Origin: Bacteroidales bacterium
GTDB taxonomy: Bacteria; Bacteroidota; Bacteroidia; Bacteroidales; UBA12077
Assembly: GCA_028282585.1 (NCBI GenBank)
Contig: JANQHR010000020.1
Span: 55,212 to 119,211, forward strand
Length of the DNA: 64,000 bases
Direction: 5' to 3'
This document shows, piece after piece, positions 57,801-64,000 of this stretch; positions within the stretch are counted from its first letter, which is position 1; each line of letters opens with the position of its first letter. The notes under the pieces were generated by a model. That model did no database searches. It saw only the letters and a program-made list of their open reading frames with translations, and was not told the DNA's origin. The position numbers and the translations under genes are program-made.

Positions 57801-59467
57801 CATTACGTTTTACATCAATCAAGGCCATATATAGTTTAAAAGACAGTACAATAAATGCCACAGAAGTTGAATACATCAAAGTTGCTGACGCATTAATATT
57901 CCCAGATAAAAACGATGTAACTATTGGTCATATGGCAAAATTTAATACGCTTACTAATTCTGAAATTATTGCTAATGCACAAAATAGGTATCATAGAATT
58001 TATAACTCAAAAATAAATATAAAGGGTCGTTACAAGTATTTAGCAACTGGTGATTATGACTATATTGATGAAAATGACGAAGTACAAAATATTCATTTTA
58101 CTGATATATTTGCAGATACAAGTAGAAAAACAGTAGCAAAAGCCAAAATTGGAATGGATGAAGATTTCACTCTTAGCCCTGTATATCATTATCAAGGAGA
58201 AATTGTGCTTAACGCTAATCGCAAATATCTAACATTTAACGGAGGAGTGAAATTAGACTATGATTGTCCTCGAAAAGAAACACAGTTTGCTTATTTCGAA
58301 AGTGAAATAAATCCGGATAGTATATACATTCCAGTAACATCAAGCACAAAAAGCATCAATGGAAGGGGTTTACATGTTGCTACTTTTATAACAAAAGATT
58401 CTTCTCATATTTATTCGAGGTTTCTTGACAGACGAAGAGACCCTAATGATATACCACTTATTAATGCAACGGGATATTTATATTTCAATAAAAACGCAAA
58501 TAAATATACAGTAACAAAAAGAAACAAGCACTTTAAACCAGACACAATTGGAAATTTAGTTAGTCTGCAAAGAGATTTCTGTTTGCAGCACGGTGAAGGT
58601 AAAGTAAACCTTGGTATTGATATTGGTCAAATCAAATTATCACCTGCCGGTTCGGTAAATCATTTACTTAATGAAAATGAAGTTAAAACTGAGTTAGTAA
58701 TGGGTCTTGACTTTTTCTTCTCAGAAGCAGCTCTGGATACTTTAGTTAATGAATTACAATCAGCAAGAGGGTTGGATCCGTTAAGTATAACTTCAGAATT
58801 CTTTGAGAAAAATATGAACGAATTAGTTGGAAATGCAAATTACAGAGAATTTAATAATCAATTAATGCTTTATGCCAACGAAGCCAAGTTGCCTCCTTCA
58901 GCACAACATACAATGTTACTTGGAAATGTCAAGTTTAAATGGTATACCGAAAATGGAATGTATCTTAATTATGGCAAAATTGGAATCGCAACTATAAATA
59001 ATAAACCAATCAATAAATATGTGGATGGATATTTCCAAATTTTGAAAAGACGTAGTGGAGACATTATGAAATTATATATTGAGTTACCAAATAAAGATTA
59101 CTATTATTTTTCATATACCAGAGGTGTAATGCAGACGTTATCAAATAACGAAGATTTTATTAATGCAATTGAAAGTATTAAAAAAGGTGCTCGTAAGCTC
59201 AAAACTAAAAGAGGAGAAACTCCATATAGATATATTATTGCTACAGAACAAAATAAAGTGCAGTTTCTAAGAAATATGAGATTATTTGAAGAAGAACAGG
59301 CAGCTAAGGAGGAAGAACGAAAATTACTGGAACAGCAGCAAAAAGAGCTAGACGAATGGGAAAAGCAAAATCAAGCTCCAAATTCTGATGATCAAAAAGA
59401 GGAAAAAAACGAAAAAGATACTGAACAAAAAAATGAAGAAGAAGGTCTTAATGAAGAAAGAATTTAA
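54806..59467 (+). CDS. Large exported beta-rich hypothetical protein (1553 aa)
   Basis: Signal peptide; long uninterrupted ORF rich in beta-strand-like segments; charged C-terminal tail; no catalytic motif recognised. Confidence 0.8.
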   Translation: MKKCLLKGFMVFFFGFLYFSSIAQETEENLKDTTLFIEQFEEYVNRNLSEAVEDSLESFIEKWNTGYFSHDVKDRFENVYNFMLNNKARRNPHILKYFELVMTFHRLDDSMKHYDNWEKGIYFIFENEKYPLRIVTDYFKNIKTLIEENLIYSTASTKWYANSDNYKFVVNDQLKIIFDKTDITCKIKEDTIGIFETSGEFFPITHQWLGKEGFVTWERADYDPQKVRAEFNKYKIDFSRSTYQVDSAIFFNKMYFDEPILGKFTDQVVHIMNPSTAIYPEFDSYKKRFQVEDIYPDIDYDGGFSMKGANLMGSGDNEKKAALYIQKNDTLIITAVANNFMFGNGRIVSNNAQVKIHMENDSIFHPGISFNYTPRVKEVSLTPSERIVSKSPFFNSYHQISMNFDRLLWRLDDDKIYLTKRRAAAIGNATFTSSSFYNLIEFERIMLRDQFHPLLVLRNYSNKINSEVFTGAELAKFLGYDDYQIKQMLMYLSVDGFIFYDTDKDEAIIKQKLYDFIDARFGKIDYDVIKFQSETEDLIHNGVLDLNTFDLEINGVPSIFLSDSQNVKIYPSHNKIIMKKNRDFDFGGTIEAGLFTFFGENFDFSYDTFKINLNNIDSLRIKVQTEERDMYNNPILAHVHNAIEEITGELLIDEPNNKSGFQSYPEYPVFKSNQNSYVYYDANHIFGGVYKRDSFYFELDPFVIDSLDNFSVQGLQFRGRFYSTNIFPPFDDALYMRPDFSLGFRRETPSRGFPLYAGKGTYYNTIDLSNQGLKGTGTLEYLTTSAQTDSILFFPDSTQIHAVDFTLSQRTTGIEFPKLQSNEVNITWYPYKDIMYANQTKDPFNMYGNNTLLSGSLIVKPTGLSGKGTLDMEKAKMKSKLFDFKANSFSSDTTTFALKSLDKSDFNFTTNNLNGEVDFTTQSGDFNSNNSYTIANFPKNLYESYLDKFNWSIVKDEIAIESSSQIDPTASDDVKKLAELKDDNLPGALYLSVHRSQDSLRFTSIKAIYSLKDSTINATEVEYIKVADALIFPDKNDVTIGHMAKFNTLTNSEIIANAQNRYHRIYNSKINIKGRYKYLATGDYDYIDENDEVQNIHFTDIFADTSRKTVAKAKIGMDEDFTLSPVYHYQGEIVLNANRKYLTFNGGVKLDYDCPRKETQFAYFESEINPDSIYIPVTSSTKSINGRGLHVATFITKDSSHIYSRFLDRRRDPNDIPLINATGYLYFNKNANKYTVTKRNKHFKPDTIGNLVSLQRDFCLQHGEGKVNLGIDIGQIKLSPAGSVNHLLNENEVKTELVMGLDFFFSEAALDTLVNELQSARGLDPLSITSEFFEKNMNELVGNANYREFNNQLMLYANEAKLPPSAQHTMLLGNVKFKWYTENGMYLNYGKIGIATINNKPINKYVDGYFQILKRRSGDIMKLYIELPNKDYYYFSYTRGVMQTLSNNEDFINAIESIKKGARKLKTKRGETPYRYIIATEQNKVQFLRNMRLFEEEQAAKEEERKLLEQQQKELDEWEKQNQAPNSDDQKEEKNEKDTEQKNEEEGLNEERI

Positions 59468-59478
59468 TGATTTTAGTT

Positions 59479-60072
59479 ATGAAAGAATTCTGGGATGCTC
59501 GTTATAACTCTCCCGGTTTCATTTATGGTATTGAACCAAACGAATTTTTTAAGAATAATTTAAATAAAATTCAAAAAGGAAAAATACTGCTACCTGGAGA
59601 TGGTGAAGGAAGAAATGCTGTATATGCTGCTAAAAATGGCTGGGATGTAACAGCATTCGACTACAGTATTTCAGCCAAAGAAAAAGCATTGCATTTAGCT
59701 GAAGAAAACCAGGTAAATATTAATTATATAACGTCGGAAGCTTCAGCATTTTCTAATAATGAAAAATTTGACAACATTTCGATCATCTATTTCCATTTAC
59801 CTCCAAAAGTACGGCTTGAATTTCATCGTAAACTTAAATTTTTTTTAAACTCAGGTGGTAAAGTAGTTTTAGAATGTTTTTCCAAATCTCAAATTGATAA
59901 AAAATCCGGAGGCCCTAAAAATCTTGATTTGTTATATAGTACGAAACAGTTAGAAGCCGATTTTGATTATTTAAATATTAAGTTACTCGAAGAAAAAGAA
60001 ATATATCTGGATGAAGGAGAATTTCATCAAGGGAAAGCATCTGTTATCAGAATGATCGCTCAAAAGCATTAA
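59479..60072 (+). CDS. Class I SAM-dependent methyltransferase (TehB/TPMT-like)
   Basis: FWDARY...YGIEPN, LPGDGEGRNAVY, SGGPK; alternative start 59467. Confidence 0.88.
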   Translation: MKEFWDARYNSPGFIYGIEPNEFFKNNLNKIQKGKILLPGDGEGRNAVYAAKNGWDVTAFDYSISAKEKALHLAEENQVNINYITSEASAFSNNEKFDNISIIYFHLPPKVRLEFHRKLKFFLNSGGKVVLECFSKSQIDKKSGGPKNLDLLYSTKQLEADFDYLNIKLLEEKEIYLDEGEFHQGKASVIRMIAQKH

Positions 60073-60563
60073 GACCTGCTCTTCTCAAACACTTCCAAAT
60101 CCTGTATATCCCCTCCATTAATTACAAATCTAACTGCAGTTTTATATTTATGTAACCCTGATTTGCCTGCTGCACCTGGATTTATATGAAGCAATTCATT
60201 CTTATCGTCGTATATAACTTTTAAAATATGAGAATGTCCCGAAATGAATAAATCCGGTTTCAATTTATGTATTAACACTTTAACACTTTTTTCGTATTTT
60301 CCGGGATAACCTCCAATATGCGTCATTAAAACCTTTACATTCTCACACGTAAAAGATTGAATTTTGGGATAAGCAATCCTAATATCGTGCCCATCAATAT
60401 TTCCATATACAGCTTTCAAAGGTTTAATATTTGATAATTTATCAGCAACAACAATATTTCCAATATCTCCAACGTGCCAAATTTCATCACAATCTTGAAA
60501 AAATTCCATAATTTTTTCATCCAAGTAACCGTGTGTATCTGATAATAATCCTATCTTTCTCAT
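60069..60563 (-). CDS. Metallophosphoesterase (YfcE/MJ0936 family)
   Basis: SDTHG, HVGDIG, GNID, GHSH, NPGAAG. Confidence 0.92.
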   Translation of the reverse strand: MRKIGLLSDTHGYLDEKIMEFFQDCDEIWHVGDIGNIVVADKLSNIKPLKAVYGNIDGHDIRIAYPKIQSFTCENVKVLMTHIGGYPGKYEKSVKVLIHKLKPDLFISGHSHILKVIYDDKNELLHINPGAAGKSGLHKYKTAVRFVINGGDIQDLEVFEKSRS

Positions 60564-60611
60564 TGCTTTTTAGTTTCAATGACTATTTTTGTTAGTCAAA
60601 CACAAAGATAT

Positions 60612-61313
60612 ATGCATTTGTTTTATACACCAGATTTAAGAAATAAAATTTATACACTCGATGAAGCGGAATCAAAACACTGCATTAAAGTTTTAAGATT
60701 AGGTATAAATGATAAAGTAGAATTAATTGATGGTAAAGGAGGCTTTCATAAAGCAAAAGTTATTGATCTAAATCCTAAAAAGTGTTCTGTTGAAATAACC
60801 GAAACTATCATGGAATATGCAAAAAGAAATCATTACCTGCATATAGCTATTGCACCTACTAAAAATGTTGATCGCTTTGAATGGTTTTTAGAAAAAGCAA
60901 CCGAAATAGGAATTGATGAAATAACACCTATCCTCTGCGATCATTCTGAAAGAAAAGTATTGAAAAATGAAAGATTAGAAAAAATAATTATATCCGCTAT
61001 AAAACAATCAATAAAAGCATATAAACCTGTTTTAAATAATTTAACTAAATTATCTGATTTTGTTGGTTCAAATTTTAATGGAAATAAATTCATTGCTCAT
61101 TGCGAAGAAAATCAAAAATATTCTTTAAAAAAGGTCTATAATAATGGTGAAAATGCTTTGATATTAATAGGACCTGAAGGTGATTTCAGTTTGGAAGAAA
61201 TAAATGTAGCAAAAAAGAACAACTTCAAGGAAGTAAGTCTTGGAGAAAGTAGATTAAGAACGGAAACTGCAGGTATTGTAGCCTGTCACACTATAAACCT
61301 CTTAAATGAATAA
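60612..61313 (+). CDS. rsmE: 16S rRNA m3U1498 methyltransferase
   Basis: HCIKVLR, EKATEIG, IGPEGDFS, LGESRLRTETAG; TATTTTTG -7 element at 60584-60591 supports this start. Confidence 0.96.
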   Translation: MHLFYTPDLRNKIYTLDEAESKHCIKVLRLGINDKVELIDGKGGFHKAKVIDLNPKKCSVEITETIMEYAKRNHYLHIAIAPTKNVDRFEWFLEKATEIGIDEITPILCDHSERKVLKNERLEKIIISAIKQSIKAYKPVLNNLTKLSDFVGSNFNGNKFIAHCEENQKYSLKKVYNNGENALILIGPEGDFSLEEINVAKKNNFKEVSLGESRLRTETAGIVACHTINLLNE

Positions 61314-61316
61314 ATT

Positions 61317-61781
61317 ATGGCACAAGTAATTATTAAAAGCTATCACGATTTTGAAAACTATTTAGGTAAAGAATTAGGAGTTTCAGATTATCTTGAAGTA
61401 ACGCAAGAACAAGTTAATCAATTTGCAGATGCTACTTTTGATCACCAATGGATTCATACCGATCCTGAAAAAGCAAAAGTAGAATCCCCATTTAAAACAA
61501 CAATCGCTCACGGATATTTGACTGTTTCTTTATTAAAACATTTTTGGGATGATGTGGTTGAAGTTCAAAATACCAAAGCTATAATTAATTATGGCATTGA
61601 TAAATTTAAGTTTGGAGAACATGTTGCCGTTGGCGACAAAGTAAGAGTTCGCGTATGGTTACATGGATTAAATGATTTACGTGGAATAACTAAACTACAA
61701 TTAAAAGTTCGTATGGAAATTGAGGGCAAAAAGAAACCGGCTTACGAAGGTTTTATTACATTTTTATATCATTTTAATTAA
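61317..61781 (+). CDS. MaoC family dehydratase
   Basis: FADATFDHQWIHTDP, TIAHGYLT, NYG. Confidence 0.92.
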   Translation: MAQVIIKSYHDFENYLGKELGVSDYLEVTQEQVNQFADATFDHQWIHTDPEKAKVESPFKTTIAHGYLTVSLLKHFWDDVVEVQNTKAIINYGIDKFKFGEHVAVGDKVRVRVWLHGLNDLRGITKLQLKVRMEIEGKKKPAYEGFITFLYHFN

Positions 61782-61843
61782 ACCTCTAGTTATCAGATCT
61801 ATCATATAATAATTAAAACCTTACAAACTAAAAAACACCTAAA

Positions 61844-63658
61844 ATGAAAAAAATCCTTAAAATATTTAAGTATCTCATTCTAACAGCGCTTGCAATAGTA
61901 TTGGTATTTTTAATTAATGTAATATGGTTTAAGCCATTTTCAATAAATCATTACTATGAAAAAGTATTTATCGAATTCATGCTTGAAGAACCCGAAATGA
62001 TTTCTGCCCTTGGAATTCCTTTACTTAGCGGGATGTATAATGATGAATTAAGTGATATCTCACTAGAAACTCAAATTAGGAAACAAAACGATCTTGAAGA
62101 ATCATTAAAAACTCTTCAAAGGTATAAAAAAGACAAACAGTCTGAAGAACAACTTTTAAGTACTCGTATCCTCGAATGGTTCTTATCCAACATGGTTGAA
62201 TCCAACAAGTATTATTTGCATAATTATCCGGTAAATCAATCTTTTGGTATACAAGCAGGAATGCTAAGTTTTATGGAAAGTAGCCACAATATAAAATCTG
62301 AAAAGGATGCTTTAGCTTACATCAAAAGACTTGAAGCATTCAAAACAAAGTTTGATCAATTATTGGAGGGTCTTAAAGCGAGAGAAGAACTAAAAATTAT
62401 ACCTCCAAAGTTTGTTATTGAAAAGGTTATCCTTGAAATGACCAACTTTGTCAACTCTCCAATGAATGAAAATATTTTATACACTTCATTTGAAAAAAAA
62501 ATTAACGAAGTTGAAGATATTGAAAATGAACAAGAGCTACTCGAAAAAGTTGAAATCGCAATTAATGAATTTGCAGCTCCCGCCTATCAAAGCTTAATCG
62601 ATTATTTCACAAAACTTGAAGAAAAGGCTACAACGAATGATGGAGTATGGAAATTCCCTGATGGGGAAGAATTCTATGCTTACCAGATAAGAAATCATAC
62701 TACTTTAAATATTACACCGAAAGAAGTTCATGAACTGGGATTAAAAGAAGTGGCCAGAATTCAAAGTGAAATGAGAAAACTATTGTTCTCTTTGGGATAT
62801 TCTGATACAACCAAGAATATTAACTTTTATATGAAGGAATTAAGCATGAATCCAGAGTTTGCTTATGAAGATTCCGACAAAGGCAGAGAACAATGCTTGG
62901 CAGATTTTAATAGGATAATTGAAGAAATTAACCTTAAAATTGATGACTATTTTAATGTAAAACCAAAAGCCGGTTTAGAGATTAAACGAGTTCCGAAATT
63001 TAATGAAGCTACAGCTCCAGGTGGATATTATTCAATGGCACCAATGGATGGTTCACGTCCTGGAATATTTTATGTAAACTTATACGACATCAAAGCCAAC
63101 TTGAAATATACAATGCCAACACTTGCATTTCATGAAGGAGTTCCAGGACATCATTTTCAAATTTCAATTGCTTCCGAATTAAAAGGTGTTCCTACTTTTA
63201 GAAAGATAGTTCCTTTTACTGCATATGCCGAAGGCTGGGCAATGTATTCAGAACAACTTGCTTATGAAATGGGATACTATAAAAATAAACCATATGCTAA
63301 TTTAGGACGTTTACAATCTGAATTATTTAGAGCGGTTAGATTGGTTGTTGACAGTGGGATACATTATAAAAAATGGACAAGAGAAGAAGCAATTCAATAT
63401 ATGCTTGAAAATACAGGTATGGCAAATAGCGAGGTAGTTTCAGAAATTGAAAGGTATATTGTTACCCCAGGTCAGGCATGTGCTTATAAAGTAGGTATGA
63501 TTAAAGTTTTGCAATTGCGTAATAAAGCAAAAGAGGAATTAAAAGAAAAATTTGATTTAAAGGAATTTCACGATGTTGTTTTAAAAAACGGAGCAGTTCC
63601 TTTAGATATACTTGATGAATTAGTAAGTGAATATATCCATACAAAAAGGACCGTTTAA
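61844..63658 (+). CDS. DUF885 family protein (putative metallopeptidase)
   Basis: N-terminal TM; HEGVPGHHFQ, EGWAMYSE, RAVRLVVDSGIH, PGQACAYKVG. Confidence 0.92.
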   Translation: MKKILKIFKYLILTALAIVLVFLINVIWFKPFSINHYYEKVFIEFMLEEPEMISALGIPLLSGMYNDELSDISLETQIRKQNDLEESLKTLQRYKKDKQSEEQLLSTRILEWFLSNMVESNKYYLHNYPVNQSFGIQAGMLSFMESSHNIKSEKDALAYIKRLEAFKTKFDQLLEGLKAREELKIIPPKFVIEKVILEMTNFVNSPMNENILYTSFEKKINEVEDIENEQELLEKVEIAINEFAAPAYQSLIDYFTKLEEKATTNDGVWKFPDGEEFYAYQIRNHTTLNITPKEVHELGLKEVARIQSEMRKLLFSLGYSDTTKNINFYMKELSMNPEFAYEDSDKGREQCLADFNRIIEEINLKIDDYFNVKPKAGLEIKRVPKFNEATAPGGYYSMAPMDGSRPGIFYVNLYDIKANLKYTMPTLAFHEGVPGHHFQISIASELKGVPTFRKIVPFTAYAEGWAMYSEQLAYEMGYYKNKPYANLGRLQSELFRAVRLVVDSGIHYKKWTREEAIQYMLENTGMANSEVVSEIERYIVTPGQACAYKVGMIKVLQLRNKAKEELKEKFDLKEFHDVVLKNGAVPLDILDELVSEYIHTKRTV

Positions 63659-63849
63659 AAGAAAAATTTCACAATAATCTAAAATCTTGACCAAAATATT
63701 TAATTCTATATTGTACAAAATAAAGAATAAAAATCTGGAATGGTATTAATGAAATGATGGAAGTTTTTTCGATAAGAATAATGTCTATCAATACTTTTCA
63801 GCTAAAAAAACAAAACAATTAAAATTATAATTCCATTTGAAAATAGGGG

Positions 63850-64000
63850 TGTCCAAAAAATCTTAGTGTTCTTTGTGCCTGCTTTGTGAAACTTTGTGGT
63901 ATAATCACAAAAGGCTGTTACACAGAGAATCACAAAGAAGACACAAAGTTACTCAAAGTAAAAAATACGAACAAGATTTAACTATTGTACTTTTTGGACA
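63850..64000. repeat. MITE-like palindromic element (may extend past the window end)
   Basis: Terminal inverted repeats TGTCCAAAAA (63850-63859) and TTTTTGGACA (63991-64000) enclosing CTTTGTG x3 and mirrored CACA(A/G)AG units. Confidence 0.6.

Noticed and set aside
63860-63960. CRISPR array
   Set aside because: Units are 7-11 bp and mirrored, with no 25-45 bp repeats separated by unique spacers and no cas genes

Overview
AT-rich chromosomal window from a Bacteroidota bacterium, probably Bacteroidales/Marinilabiliales-like. The assignment rests on T9SS type A and type B sorting domains, TAnnTTTG promoters, a TonB-dependent receptor with a CarboxypepD_reg N-terminus and the folP/DoxX/tpiA/prmA context. 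It holds about 48 credible CDS and no rRNA, tRNA, CRISPR array, prophage or intact transposase. Housekeeping genes (pyk, aroQ, xerD, putP, ppdK, pckA, plsY, folP, cdaA, tmk, tpiA, prmA, rsmE) are mixed with accessory genes. Highlights: (1) a metal-uptake operon in which a Fur-family repressor with a candidate operator inside its own promoter is followed by a His/Cys-rich, exported upstream ORF ending in the RAPP ribosome-arrest motif, then a TonB-dependent receptor and two His-rich lipoproteins; (2) a cysteine desulfurase/selenocysteine lyase-SelD fusion; (3) a 3077-aa T9SS-secreted subtilase preceded by an unannotated 12-codon leader ORF ending RADPF; (4) a lipoprotein deiminase divergent from a LytS/LytTR pair; (5) tmk in a slot where I recall DUF1599 in other Bacteroidota; (6) an hsp20 with a sigma54-like promoter and an AGGAGG Shine-Dalgarno; and several REP/MITE-like palindromic elements. 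All family calls come from motif recognition by eye, not database searches.
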